NCBI GenBank assembly: GCA_973895155.1
Contig: OZ316897.1
Coordinates: forward strand, 5,411,976-5,475,975
Reading direction: 5' to 3'
Length of the DNA: 64,000 nt
Source of the DNA: Marsupella aquatica
Lineage: Eukaryota; Plantae; Marchantiophyta
Shown here: piece after piece, positions 1 to 13,762 of the stretch
Position numbering within the stretch: the first letter of the stretch is position 1
How the letters are laid out: each line of letters starts with the position of its first letter
Made by a program: the position numbers and the translations under genes
Notes under the pieces: generated by a model
Seen by the model: the letters and a program-made list of their open reading frames with translations, nothing else
Database searches by the model: none
What the model was told of the DNA's origin: nothing

Positions 1-520
1 CACTCTACTTCATATGCTTTCAACGCATGTGGCCCTAGACTTGTGTGGGATACAGCTCTATGGCAATTAGTAGAGCCCACTGCTGACGAGAGAGAGCGGG
101 CCATGGGATTCTCCACAGGTACAAGAGCAGTTGCATCTGTATCAGAGAGTTCACGCCGCTAGGTCCTTGGCCAAGCCATGGATTAAAATTATGACTTGGA
201 TTGTCAGCTTGTGAGTGGTTGAGCAGATTTGGATGCGCTCTGCTTTTGTTACAAATCGTCCGTTGGTGAGCTTGCAGCCTACTGAGACAGTCCATGGACC
301 TATGGCAGGATTGGCCAAGCCTGGACAGATTGTTGAGCACGAAGGGACTGCTCAAACTATTGCTAAATAGCAATCATCGACTATCTCTTTTCTCCTACAA
401 AAAGATATTAGGGATTTGGTGGAGAGTTGGGAGCCACAGATTGGTCCTAAGTTGACAGGGGAGGAGAGACGTTGCATGCATTGATTCCTAAAGAGTTATT
501 GGAATTGTTTTGCATTTAGC

Positions 521-2970
521 ATGAAGGATTTGGGGACATTGAATGGCCTTGGTATTCAGATTGAATTGGCTAGTGATGCGCCAATCTTTCGTAGACCATA
601 CCGTTATAGTGACATGGAGAGAGCTTTGATTTGGAGCAAAACTCAGGATTTGTTGGAGGCTGGTCTGGTGGAGATCTTATACGAGGAGTATGCATCTACC
701 ATAGTGATACCAGCCAAGAAGGATGTGCATGATAATTACACGGATAGGCACATGTGTGGTGATTACCGACCTATTAATCGTCAGACAAAATCTGATCGAT
801 ATGCCATGCCCACACCTGAAGAGATCTTTGATGTTGTGGGGCATGCAAAGGTTTTTAGTTCATTGGATCTGAGGGCAGGGTACCATCAGCTTCCAATCAA
901 ACATTCTGACAGGGCCAAAACAACATTCTGGGGAATTGATTTGCATGGCAAGATCATTTATATCAGTGGTTATTCTTACCATTTGGGTTGAAGAATGCAC
1001 CAGCTGAGTTCTAGAGAGTCATGGATCAAATTCTTGCAAGTTTGGATTTTGTCAGATGTTACATTGATGATATTTTGGTCTATTCTTCCACTGTGGAAGA
1101 ACATCAGCAGCACTTGCAGATTGTATTGGAGAGATTGAGAGAACATGGGTTGAAACTCCACCTTGGCAAGTGTAAGTTCTTCCAAGACCAGATTGACTAT
1201 TTGGGCCACACTATCTATCCAAGGGGACTGGGTGTGCAATAGACTAAGGTGGAGGCCATTACACATATTCCTTGTCCTACTGATGTGAGTAGAGTTTGTG
1301 CATTCTTAGGATTGGCGAGCTACTACAGGAGGTACGTTAAAGGATTTAGCCAGCTTGCTAAACCTTTAACCATACTCACTAAGTTGGATCAGGAGTGGAT
1401 TTGGGGTGATGACCAGGAGGATGCCTTTCAGGAGTTGAAAGAAAGATTGGCATCATCCCCTATTTTGAGAACCCATTTCAGGAGGAGACCATTTCAGCTA
1501 CACACTGATTGGAGTGGAGTAGGACTTGGAGCAGTGGTGACTCAAAAGGATGATGGGGGGAATGAGTTTGTTGTGGCTTATGCCAGTAGATCAAACAATT
1601 CAGTAGAGGCTAAGTATAGCTCTTATGAGGGAGAGTGTTTGGCAGCAGTGTGGGCTGTGGCACACTTCTGTTGCTACTTGTTTGGTAACCCCTTCACCTT
1701 GATCACTGATCATCAGCCTCTCAAGCTCGCTCTCAAGTGGTTAATGGAGTTTGACAAGCTTACAGGGGAGCTTGCACGATGGGCATTGTTGTTACAGGAG
1801 TATGATTTCCAAGTGGTGCATGGGCCTGGAAAAGTGAACTTGGATGCAGATGGATTGAGCCGCAATCCATGTACCAGTCAAGAGGATGAGACTGGAGTCA
1901 GATGGCATGATGAGTCAGATAAGGAGATGGTATAGATGGAGTTTGGACTTTTCTGGTCCATTACCTCTTACCCAATGACATAATCAATATGTTTTGGTTA
2001 TGGTGGAGCACTTCTCCAAATGGATTGAGCTAGTGGCATTGCTAGATAAAGCTAGTGGAGGAGTTGCTGCCGCATTTTGGGATCGAGTACTCAATCATTT
2101 TGGAGCACCAGCTGAGGTGTTGATTGATCAAGGAACTGAGTTCCGTGGAGAGTTTGAGAGTTTGTGCGAGCAAGCTCTGATTGATCATCGTACTACTTCT
2201 CATGACCATCCTGAGGCAGATGGATTGGCTAAGAGAGTAGTACAAACTGGGAAGAGAGGATTGCATGTTGGTCATCTGAGAGATTGAGATCTCTAGCTAC
2301 CTTGGTTAGCCATGGGCTATCATTTCAGTCGACAAGCATCACTTGCATCCTTCTCACCTTATTTCTTGCTCTATGGTAGAGAGCCAGATTTGCCAGCAAC
2401 TATTCATTGTGATACTGCATCGGTTGTGAACTTGGATAATCCCGATGTTTGGGTCAAGGTTTGTTTAGAGAGGGCAAGGATTTTTGAGAGAGTCATGCCC
2501 ATGGCCTTTGACAACCTTGCCATTGCCCAACATCTTTATACTTTGCGGTATGCCACTATTCGTGGAGGAGGTTATCGTGGGAGGATTTGACAATTCTTGG
2601 TGATTATGTTTGTTTGCAGTAGACAACACCAACTAGACGTACACTTGATGTGATCGCGGGTTGGACCATTTACGTGTGCGTGAAATGTTGCTTTCTAGTG
2701 TCCTGATGTTGGAAGGGCGTGATGGTATGGTTTGGAAGGATCATGTGCACAACTGTGCACCATGTCATCTTCCAAACATTGATGGTATGGTGGATCCAAA
2801 CTTAGCACATGTTCATGTTGGTTTGAAGTGTATGTTGTGTGGATCTGCTCAGGGAGCAGCTACTATGTTGATTTGTGATAAGTATTCTAGAGGGATGGCA
2901 CATGTCGTGTTTGACACCACCATTTCAGGTGATTCCTAGTGGAACATGGTTGTGTCCTCAGTGTTGGTGA
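521..2970 (+). pseudogene. Frameshifted gypsy pol pseudogene ending in a PHD finger
   Basis: Several stops and frameshifts. The end reads CMLC..MLICDKYSRG, then after a +1 shift WHMSCLTPPFQVIPSGTWLCPQCW* (2829-2970). Confidence 0.85.
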
Positions 2971-3136
2971 ATCCAACTAGTTATCAATTGTGTTCTCTTG
3001 AAAGATATGGATTGCAGGTGGGTGATCAATGGGCTCACTTGCACCCGACCTGATTTTTGCACCTAAAAAGGTGTATATCAACCTTGTAGAACTCATGGCT
3101 AGCTAGAGTTAGGGGACCTTACTCCCAACTAGGGGG

Positions 3137-3731
3137 GTTTTGGACATGTGTGGACATGAGTTTCACTTGTATTCCATTCTCTTGTGTTTGTGATGTGGCA
3201 GTGTGACTATGTCTGGATGTATGTGACAAGCAATGTATGTTGTGTAGCAATGTGTATGCGCACAACAATTGTCACACCATTCTAGGTAGTGTTAGAGTGT
3301 ATCGTACTATCTAGATCTGTATGTTTGGTATGTGTGCTATATGAGCCAATAAGGTTTTGTTAGGTTTGTGTGAGAGGGTAGTTCTCTCTTGTGAGGCATT
3401 GAAAGGTTATCTTTCAATGTTGAGTCTTGGAGAGGGGAGCTTGTGTGGTGGCTATGGTGGCTGAGAGCTCTCTCTATGTAGTGTGGATTCCTTGAGTGCA
3501 AGGTGCGTTGGCTCGACATACGTGTGTGATTGGATAGGACGGGATTGAGTGTGTATTGTTGGCATCGATCGTTGTTCAGATTCTATTGAGATTATTGTGG
3601 GTTTTGGACATGTGTGGACATGAGTTCCACTTGTATTCCATTCTCTTGTGTTTGTGATGTGGCAGCGTGACTATGTTTGGATGTATGTGACAAGCGATGT
3701 ATGTTGTGTAGCGATGTGTATGCGCACGACA
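3137..3731 (+). repeat. Putative 3' LTR bounded by a 131-bp direct repeat (3137-3267 and 3601-3731)
   Basis: Near-identical copies GTTTTGGACATGTGTGGACATGAG...GTATGCGCAC(A/G)ACA. Confidence 0.8.
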
Positions 3732-3884
3732 CCTTGTATCATCAACATTTTGGCATTTGTAAAAATTGGAAAATCCACTTAAATTGAGTTGCTTCGTGAA
3801 TGGAGTAAAGTGTGATTGGTTGTATCAATGGAAGGATCGGGACCTCATAGTTAACCTAGTCCCCAAAAAATAATCCCAGTAGGC

Positions 3885-4098
3885 TCGTGCTGATAACGTG
3901 TTATAAGATAAATCATGACTCAATGTACACTTCAATCTCCACACACTTCTATAATCAGAGAAAGTAAAAGGTACATGATTGTCTCTATATAGATAGAGTA
4001 TTAGCGGTTATGTAACTGCCTTTAATTAAGTGTCTTTAGTTAAGGTAACTAAGGCTAGGTTTAGTCTCTTAAATAAAGTTAGTGTTTACCTCATAACA
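3885..4098 (-). mobile_element. Short (200-bp) copia LTR plus PBS, Bianca-like 5' end
   Basis: 3899-4098 is bounded by TGTTAT...ATAACA. On the minus strand the LTR end continues as AACA-CGTTATCAGCACGA, the LTR/PBS junction typical of Bianca-lineage copia elements. Confidence 0.65.
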
Positions 4099-4119
4099 GT
4101 TTTGAATTTCATTTGCAAT

Positions 4120-5170
4120 TTGGCCATTGACTGGTTGACATCACCCTCAATTCCCTACTTCATGTAGGAAACAAATTTGGGAGAGACTTGGGATTTGGAA
4201 AGCTTATGAAAGGCATATTTCTCAGTGTCATCAAACAGAGAGCCCCATCTGTCGGTATCAAGATACCAAGGGCAGTGAAATCTCTCCCACTCAGAAATTT
4301 TTTGAGGCGAAAGGCTTCCCTTTGTAGGATACATTGAATAGAGCTCGGCCAAAACGTCTCCTTTGGTGACTAGGACCCATTTCTGTAAAATAGTTGGGTA
4401 AGCCCAAAATAATTAGGCTTCACAATATCCATGTGCATGAAGAAACGATATACATATATGTCTGCTCGCTTTTGATTCTTTAGTGTGTAATTTTCCTTGT
4501 TCCGGTACTCGGACATCCACATCATATTGAAAAACTTACCTTTCACTGTGTCTCCAAATTTCTACCAATCATTGGAGATTGTTTCAATGAGTGAGTCATA
4601 AGAATCACATTTCCATTCCTGCAACAGATTGGCAGGAATCATGTCACTCACCTGTCGAAGGGCAGTTTAATGGCAATTCCCTCCACACTATTCCAAGTCT
4701 GTCAGGTGTGGCACCACTACTTCAAGGGATCATCACTAACGCTTTGTGGATGAAATAACTGTTTCCTCAAATCTGGTGTACTATGCGCAACAAGGAGAAC
4801 ACTCCTCAGTTTTGGGTCATGGGCAGATACGGGTGTGAACAACCTTGCTTGATCCATTATACAAACAATTGCATCCGTTTATTCTCTCATTCATTCTTCT
4901 ATGTCATTGGGTACATCTCGGCATAGGTACTCATGAAGTCTTCAAACTTTGGGCTTGACAATTAAAGGAGTGATTTTTTAAACCTTGATTGCCCAATCCT
5001 TTGTGGCTTCTTCCCATCATGGTCGCATGTTGTTTGGACGTCTCTTTTGGAGACCAAGGGGTTCATTGAGTGGTCCCAAACTCCAAATCCATCTTGAATT
5101 GTTGAGAATAAGGCTTTAGCTTTTTTTCACACAAGATATAAAATTTTCACACAAGATATACAGAAGTGCT
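4120..5170 (-). pseudogene. Decayed fragment (copy D) of the ParB-MTase cargo gene, central domain
   Basis: YSMYPTKG..ISEWE..HCPWYLDTDRW..FDDTEK.AF.KLSKS matches the exon-2 peptide at 56745-57803. Confidence 0.8.
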
Positions 5171-5418
5171 TCATTTGATCAATCTATTCATTAAAAATGA
5201 ATTATATTCAAGTTATGAACTTTTGGGCAATAGAAAGTGTACATTTGGCTTTCAAGGAGTGTACATTTGGGCAAGCAACAAGGGGGATGGCTATTAGACG
5301 TACCACCATGGTCATCCGTTGTAAATGAACTAGGATTAGACTCCTTATCGTAAAGATCCCTTTTGCCACATCACGTTTATAATTGACCATTTGGAGATAA
5401 GTAATCTCATAAGTTATC

Positions 5419-5800
5419 GGGGTACACAACATTATCAGTTATTAGTTTTGACATAAAAAAAATCTAAATCTCAGTTGAGTAGTCGAGATGAGGCTTTTGC
5501 ACCTCCGCGTATCTCAGCTGGGCACTTGAGATTGATTCAATCTATCTTGACTAACCTCCCCGAGATAGAGACATCCATCATTGAACTATACATTGGAACT
5601 GACATTATGTACGAGATAGGCGTACGGACATAAAAATGGGCCAAAAAAACCCAATAATTTTGGGGAAAAAATGAAAATTCTCTCTTAATTTTGAGAAAAA
5701 GAATAATTAAAAAAAATAGTGTTGCAACCTGACTACCTTTATGAGATAAGGTGGCAGCTGATATCAAAATGACTGATCAAATGACAGATAACTAATGAAA
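5419..5800. mobile_element. MITE upstream of the COPE gene, same family as 29206-29605
   Basis: Shares blocks such as ATCTCAG(C/T)TGGGCA..GAGATTGA(T/C)TCAATCT and ATCAGTTAT with the reverse complement of the 29206-29605 element. It begins GGGGTA; the right boundary is approximate. Confidence 0.6.
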
Positions 5801-6324
5801 TTATTTATCTAGTGTCAAATTAAATAATTAAGGAAATGCTACTTTGTTTACTAAAGCATGGGGAGTGCAAAGGGTCACATGTTGAGGGTTGCTCACATGC
5901 GAGCCGACCCTTATTAGTGTTGTTTTTGAGTCCTTCCCGTTGACAGGGAGAAACAAAGCATGGCAGGGAATCTGCTAGTGCGCAGGGAGAAACCAAGTGT
6001 GGCAGGGAAATGGGAGAAACAAACAGAGTGACAGAGGTAAGGGAAATGTTCCCTGCAGTTCAATAAGAACACCATTTGGTTTCTCTTTTATCAAGCAGAT
6101 CGATCGTCTTGTGTCTGGACTGCCGACGCACAAAGGGAGTGGAGACATTGCCGAAGCACACACAGACACTGTCCTCCACTTGTATTGCCGTAGGATGTAA
6201 GTAGTGTCAAGCGGTCTTTGATTCGCTTGTATTCCTTTGGTTCGAAATTCTGCATCCGCTCGACACTGTTCTGTCAATCAGAACACAAGAATTTCCAGAT
6301 CAATCGATTGACGAATCGGTAAAC

Positions 6325-9235
6325 ATGAGCGGGCCTGACCCCCTGTTCGCTCTAAAGAACAATTTTTACCTCGGGGCCTATCAGGCAGCGATCAACGAAA
6401 GCAATGTAGGCGGTTTGACAGATGCAGCCATCATCGAGAGGGACTTTCTCGTGTATCGGTCTTACGTTGCTCTTGGGAGCTACCAGGTTGGTCAGATTCC
6501 GATCCTCCGCTGGCTTGTGCTGTCCCACAAGCGGTGCGGACGGATTTATAGATGGGTAGATGGAGAATGGATCGTCAAATCAGAGCTCCTGAGCACAGTC
6601 TGAAGTTCTGTTATCGGAGTTCGCTCGTCTAGGTCGAAGGTTCTGGTCTCGTTGGGTGACTTCTTGGCCTCTCACATTTGTTGTCTGTCGGAGGCGTTAG
6701 ATCTGAGCCTTTAAGCACGGGCTTGACCTAATTGGGACGTTAGTATGCTCCTCGTTTGATGTCCTAGTGTATGCCATTGCACCGCGAGCGCTGTAAATAA
6801 CGATCTTGTTATTTTGAAGCATCGCTCATCCATGTTACCGACAATGTCTCAAAAAGCTCGTTCAATCGCGTGCAACTCAACTAGAAGCTTTTTCAGCATT
6901 TTTGTAGGGATGCAGATTTACATGGTTAGCTCCTTCTTCGAAATCATCCTTGTCGACTCTTTAGCAAGTCTGATATGGTGAGAGAGGATTGCGAGTCGCA
7001 GGCGTGCTGGCTCGATGTTCTAGTGCAGGATGTGGTTGTCGGCCTTCAGTCCTTGTAGCACGAGTCACCTAAAACTTTTAATGCTGAATATCAGCGGTTG
7101 CGGTTAGACTGAAATGGCATTGCTGGGAAGCAAAGGAAGATTATTGTTTTGAGTAGTCTTGATTGGGTGAAGTTTGACCTTTTCCGAAATTTTCACTCCC
7201 GTTTACAGGATTTGTGGGTTTGATGCAGCTTGTTTTAGACGAGATTAGCTCTTCAGCCCCGACTGCTCTCCAAGCAGTGAAACTACTGGCATTGTATCTT
7301 TCTGGAGGCGACAAGAAGGTGAGTTTTCTAGTCCTTCATGCTGGCTGTTACCTCTGTTTCCCTTTGGATGCCGTTACTTCAATTTGACAAAATAAGATAA
7401 TGGGTACACAGCCGTATAGGAGTCATCAGAAATTTTTGTGAGATCGTCACAGTTATGGGGAATGTGTATATAGACAAAAGGTCGCAGGAGTCCTGAGCTA
7501 ACAAGGAGGTTTCATTGTGCTTCTGGGCAACAACTCGAAGAAGGGTTTTGTTTAAATTGTCTGACTCCAAGTTGTTCTTCTGATCGATCACAGGAAAAGG
7601 CTCTTACCAACATTAAAGAGTGGTTGGCAGATTCGTCTCTCGTTAGTAACCCGACCCTTTTGCTGGTTGCTGGAACAGTCTATGCCCATGAGGGCATGTA
7701 TAACGATGCTCTGAAGCTTACTCATGCCGGTGGCACGCTTGATCTGTAAGTCAAAAGAATCGGTTTTCACCGGTGTCATGGAATCGTGTACGAACAAGAT
7801 CTTTAGTGCACCTACCACTTTTTCAATTTTGCAGACATTGGAATTTTCTATACAATGAACAAATGCAGAAACAAATTTTATGTCTATTATTTACATCTGG
7901 TCACGCTGGGAATCTTGTTCTTTGTTTCTGGGCGCTCAGTGTTTGGAAGCAGGAATCATTACCTGCATCTGTTGAGCGATTATCTTCACAAATCTGCTAA
8001 ATGCATGAGCAAATTTGGGAACCTCTCTGTCTAAGTTCCCACTGATTAAACTTCGCATTTGCAGGTGTGCATTGAATGTCCAGATTTATCTGAAAATGCA
8101 TCGAACCGATTATGCCGAAAAACAGCTGAAAATCATGCAGCAGATTGATGAAGACCACACGATCACACAATTGGCAAATGCGTGGCTCAATGTCTCAGTT
8201 GTAAGATTATCTAATTCATGTGTTCGAACTTGCAATTTTTAGTACATATTTAATGTGCTTTTATTGTGAGCACTGTATCCGTATGGTTCCTTACCGTGTT
8301 CACGTGTAGTTTTCCTAATCTTGAAATACTCAGCAGGAGGCCTGACTTGAATCGGTTGCCTGAAAATTTCGGCAGTTACGTTAAATATCTGTTTCTCTTG
8401 AAGGTCTTGAAGATGTGTTCTGTGTCCCTTTTTTTTCATATCTTCGCCTGGTGGATAAATGTGATTACAGGGTGGTGCAAAGATCCAGGAAGCTTTTTAC
8501 ATCTTCCAGGAGCTTTGTGAGAAGTATGTGTGGACTGTTCCTTTGATGAATGGAAGTGCCGTCTGTCAAATGCATATGGGACATTTTGATGAAGCAGAAA
8601 CGTTACTTTTGGATGCCCTGAGCAAGGTATGCACAATATTATGAGTGAGAAATTCGCCACATTGTCTTTTTCATTGAATACTGTCAATTTGGGCTCTCAT
8701 ATCTTGTCTTGAGGGTGTAGTGTTTTTCAATTTCATATGTCGTTATGTTATACAGGATTCCAAGGATCCCGAAACGCTTGCAAACCTGATTGTTGTCAGT
8801 CTTCACCTGGGGAAACCAACAGCTCGTTATCTCAGGTACTTTGCTTTTGCAAAATTTTGAGATGCTCCGCAAAGAATTTGTGAGCGAAAAATGACATTTT
8901 GTCCAGTGCCTTCAATTTCTTTCTTTCTGTGTAATTTCGATCTTATCTGAACTTCAGTTGCAAGCGTGGATTTGGGCGTCGGAGTTCATTTATGCGTGAA
9001 AGTTGTTTTTGCACGAAAGCTATATAAGACATGATATATGTCCTACCGTCATTTGCCTTCGCAGTTGATCCCAACCCACTCCACTTTTAAAACCAAGGAA
9101 GCAAATAGTAACGGTTAATGTATTTCTTTTTGCAGTCAACTGAAAGTAGCACACCCTGACCATCCACTAGTCGAGCGAGCGACAAGTGGTGAAGTTGCAT
9201 TTGAGCGCGCAATCCAACCTTTTGAGAGGTCTTAA
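6325..9235 (+). CDS. COPE: Coatomer subunit epsilon (epsilon-COP), 7 exons: 6325-6486, 7229-7318, 7594-7745, 8065-8200, 8471-8626, 8756-8835, 9136-9235; 291 aa
   Basis: N-terminus PDPLFALKNNFYLGAYQAAINE...ERDFLVYRSYVALG; also MQQIDEDHTITQLANAW, GGAKIQEAFYIFQE and DPETLANLIV. All introns are GT-AG, phases are consistent, and the CDS is 876 nt ending in TAA. Confidence 0.95.
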
Positions 9236-10829
9236 GTAGTTGATGTGCCGTGGAAGGGGACACAATTTTTTCTGGGAGGTTTTTCGTTTGACCTCTGCTT
9301 CCGTCTCAGTCTATCATATTATTCATACCAGGTCACTCCAAAATTGTGACGAGCATTCATTCCTATGTTTGGTTAAAGTTCAGAGAAGTTTTGACAAATC
9401 CTTGTTCATAACTCGGCCTCTGCTGGGTTGTGGGGATATCTGACCTTCAAGCTCCTTTAAACCCTCCTCTAATTCCAGAGTGCACATGCGGTGGCCATCA
9501 GTCCATATGGTTGGCCATAGATTGCATGCCTAAGCGACCTTGCAACGCACCACTTAATTCGTGTCAGAGGACGCCATGCTATCCAAATTGATTTGTGGAT
9601 GCCATAAGAGCAGCTCCAGGAAAGTTCAGTACTCTGCCCCACTCACTTAATGCGATGACTGTACCAAGTCAAATGGACATACAGTTCAGATTTCATGAAA
9701 TATGTCCTGGGTCTGTGCAACAATCTATTTTCAGCGTAGGATAGATATCATTACATCGTCTGGATGCAATAGTTTCTTGGTCGTTAAGGTGGAAAGGTTA
9801 GCATGACGCATCATACAGATAACTGGTCATCAAGAGTTTTGCCTCTTTCCTTTGCAAGGTTTGATTATTTTACGTTAAACGTTCTGCCCAAATGTCTTGA
9901 ATTTCACATCTTTGAGAAATTTCGTCCACTTCTGTTTGTGATGACAAGATCGGGTCGTCCTGCAAAACATTCCATCCTGCCCCTTACTATGACGCTTAGA
10001 TCTCTTCTAATCTGTATTTCCAGCTACAACCTCTCTTTTAGATCTTTACAACTTTCTGACAAGCTTGTGCGCCTGATGCAACCTTGAAATTGATTGCGGT
10101 ATGAGGAGAATATCGAAGGAAGCATGGGCGCAACCCATGGAGAGACTTGGGTTGGTATATAGCCTATCAATTCTCGGAGTTATCGACAAGGTAAACTCCA
10201 AGGGCCGTTTGAGGCCTGAAGTTCGTTTAGGAAAAACTTTACGTTCGGAAACTTGGTGTAAATCAATCTTATACGGTCAAACTGTCAAGTGCTAGGCCTC
10301 GGAACGAAGGCCCTGACATATAGATAAAAACATGGTGCCCACTACGCTACAACTGAAATCTTTGGCCGCTTACAGTTCTTGGTTAATTCATGCAAAGGCT
10401 TTAGAGTTTGGAGCTCAACACATAGCAGGCCGGATTTGAACTTTGGGTGAAAGTTTCATGCTTTTCGTGGGTATATGCAAGAACTGCTTTGGGCGAGAGT
10501 ATCTTGCATTGTTTGGTATGTGCAAGAAACTTAGTGTCTCCGACCCCTGCCCTAAGCGTTGCTCCACTCCATTCAATTGCAAACACAGGAAGTACTCTGG
10601 TTGCAATCATCAAGAAGTGCAGGATGCTCGAACCCCCACTACACCAATTATGATGATAATGGCTACACCTTCCAGATTTTCTAGACCAAGTTAGGGTTAT
10701 GGTGTTTGTATATTATATTTGGATTTATGCAAAGTACTTGCAAGAGCACAATTAGCTCTTAAAGGAAGTGTGGGGGAATCATTAATTATCAGACAATGCT
10801 CGTTCAAGTGAGAATCTGATGAGTGGATG

Positions 10830-11490
10830 AAGGCCCTTTGTGTGAAGCCCATTGTTTCCAACAGGAAACCATTGCTGGGGATTGGATTTTATCTTGGATT
10901 CATTTATCTCCCAACTGATCTTTGTCCATGCATCATTGACATATCCATTCCTGAGTGGAACATGTGAGATGATTCCCTTCCAAATAATTTTTTTTAATAT
11001 CTCAAAGCAATACCTCTCAGATGATGGGTTTTTGGTGGTTCTTCATAATGGTCAATTTGACCACACCAATGCAATTTACATTCCGGTTCAATCACGAGGA
11101 CACAATCACGAGGACATTTCAAGCCAGTTTGCTCTTACGTTGTTCTTCTACCGACTGCTTTATTCAATGGAATCTCAGATATCACGATAAGTCTCGAGCC
11201 TTCATTATTGATAGTGATCTTTGGTATCAATCTGTTTGTGGAAAAGTCTGCCTCCCATGCTTGATGTACTGATGATTTGTATTCTTTGTACAAAACAGGT
11301 TTTCAATGTTGTGTTGGACGTCTTTTGCAAGATTGGTGGAAAGGGGGTGATACCAAAATATGATAAGTTTGTCACCCTTTCAAGTTCAGATGATCCGTCA
11401 TCGTCGAATCTTATCAGTCTCATGATTCCTGGGTGTGGGGGGGATCCAAATATCGGATTTGCCGGTTCCGCCTGTGTGTGGAGTTGACCC
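10830..11490 (+). pseudogene. Diverged fragment (copy E) of the methyltransferase part of the cargo gene
   Basis: GFIYLPT (YLPT at 10905-10916), YLSDDGFLVVLHNG and KGVIPKYDKFVTLSSSDDPSSSNLI..FAGS align with exons 3-4 of the 54634-58954 gene. Confidence 0.7.
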
Positions 11491-13762
11491 TTGGCCAAAT
11501 CCTCCGATTAACCATCCAACATGTCTTCAGACTTCATTAATTCTCTTTCATTTATCAATTTATCAATGCATCGTCTTCATCAGATTGATTTCTTGTGGAC
11601 ATTTTGTCTCCTACCCAGCTTTTTTGACAACTAGGCAGTGTCGACTTGTGCGATTTGTTGAGACAGTTATCCGACCTCCTCGGGCGGTGGATTTTGCCTG
11701 TCACTAAATTTTCCTTTCATTTAATCACTTGAGACATTGGACTCTCACTGGTCGGAGACCCCGCCTGTCACTTGGATTGAAGGCTAAGTGTCATCTAGCT
11801 TTCACCTAGTATTTCTTTAAAGAGTCTTTCTAAATCCCATGTGGTAGATTACTCAATTTTCTTATTTCTCAATTACTCTTTCGATCATTTTTTTGCATCC
11901 CCTTGGTGCAATCTGTAGCCCAAATGGAATGCACTTGAATTTAAATGACTAAGCAAAGGTGAGTTCTTTCATGTCCCATTACTTTGGGCCTTCCTCTTAC
12001 AACATTACTTGCAAATTTCTAATCCTTCTAATCTTGCAAGGATTTCTTAATGGGTTGCAATTACAATTTTCACATGCAACACAACTTTGATTTTTCCTTT
12101 GAATGGTTCAAGTCAAATCAATATGAATTTCCCATTATCAAATGTAAGCATTTCTGGCCATCTTTTCTTCACAATCAATTCTTTAACTTTACTTATATTT
12201 GCATTCAAGAAACATAAGCTCTCTAATTGAATGCTCCTGGCTTGCAGTTCTGCAAATAGGTCTCAATTGCATCTTCTATTCAATGGTCATAAATGTGGTG
12301 TGTTTTCCAAAGCCTCTAACTACTGAAGCCATTATCAACCGACCATATACCATTGGTCTACGGCATGTTGATAGCCCTTCAGTAGTTATCCCGCCTTGAA
12401 ATGCAACTTATCCTTCCTATCCACACTTGCCAAATCAATTCTTTCACTAGACTTGTGACCCGTGTTATGCCGATACCACTTTATTCTCTTTGACTTAATC
12501 TAGTATGTTTGTATTTTGCCCCCAGAATGTATCCATGCGGCTTAATTGCTTAAGGCGGCTGAGGGTCTTTCTCAAACTTACACAACCCACACTTCACCAA
12601 CAAAACACTCTCAATGCCTCACTTCCTCCCTGAGTTGGGTGTGGCAGTCTCCAATCAATTTGTACTTTGCTCACTAGTTCCACTCCTACTGAGGTTTTTC
12701 ACCGTGACTGCAAACAGCAAACTGTAAACAGCAAACAGCAAATAGTAAAGCTCATAACAACAAATGTATGCTCTCAAAAATCCTTTAGGCCACCTCCATC
12801 TTTCGCAAAATGACATTCAAACCTCTAATATCCAATATAGATACACAACATAATACTAACGCCTAGCGCTACAGTAGTTAAACAGCCAATACATAATGCA
12901 GAATCTGAGCCGAAACAGCCATATGCACAATCTAAGGCAAACAAGAGTTTGTGTAATAGCGCCAGGCGCTAGTATAGAACTAAATAACAAACCTCAAGTA
13001 ACAGACCTCAATTACAGACATCTGATGCCAATTTAGCAAAAATAGTGAATGAGGGCCGGTGCATTCTAATATAATCCAAATACAATGCGTTATCCGTTGA
13101 GATTATCCTCTCAAATAGAGTCGACCAAAACAATATAGTAATGACAGATATCCCGTTACAAACACCCATCAAAATCAAATATTCTCACAATAGCGATGCT
13201 ATTTAGGAAATAGCCATATATATCCTATCACCATTTTTTAACTAAATCTAAACATCAGATTTCTGAATCAGTCGTATCTAACTCTGATTCTTCATCACTA
13301 CTTTGTGATCTATCCGTAGACTCAGCTTCATCGTCTACATACTTGCTCTACCCAATGTCATCGACATAGCATTTCTTCAAAAACTTCCTATCCAAGCCCC
13401 TATTGAGCCTCAGGCCTTTACTCTCCCAAGTAAGCATTCTCATGGAATCTGCCTTTGGAGCCGCATTTTCAGCATAAGAAGGAAGGACAAATGGCTTCTC
13501 TGGGGTTTCTATTATTCCTAGCAACTTTCCTCCGGCCGAAGTTGAAAGTGCTTATGAAGATTCCACTCAGACCTGGCAAGTTGAATCCAATTTCTTTAGT
13601 TGGATCCAGGAAAATGGTGGAAGTCTGGAGACACTAAGGTCACACTTAAAGGAAAAGAAAATAGACAGGGAAGTTGAAGATCATTACTCTGAAGACTCTT
13701 CACTATGAGCAGATTTAGAAGATCCAATGTCCACCACATTCTTTGAGGCTCCAGCATCTTTG

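Larger units (their letters stand above)
480..3731 (+). mobile_element. Degenerate Ty3/gypsy LTR retrotransposon, 3' part (RT-RNase H-integrase-PHD, putative 3' LTR)
   Basis: Broken ORFs: RT (DYRPIN, LDLRAGYHQ, YIDD at 1021-1242), RNase H (LHTDWS, YEGECLA, TDHQPL), integrase (DQGTEF, HPEADG, SPYFLLYG). The RT-RH-INT order is gypsy. Purine tract AGGGGGG at 3131 precedes an LTR-like region ending in ...CACGACA at 3731. Confidence 0.9.

Noticed and set aside
1-380. 112-aa minus-strand ORF at the window start
   Set aside because: No recognisable homology, and its context is cut by the window edge.
9300-12690. Short ORFs downstream of COPE (other than the 10830-11490 fragment)
   Set aside because: No recognisable motifs or convincing exon structure; left unannotated.
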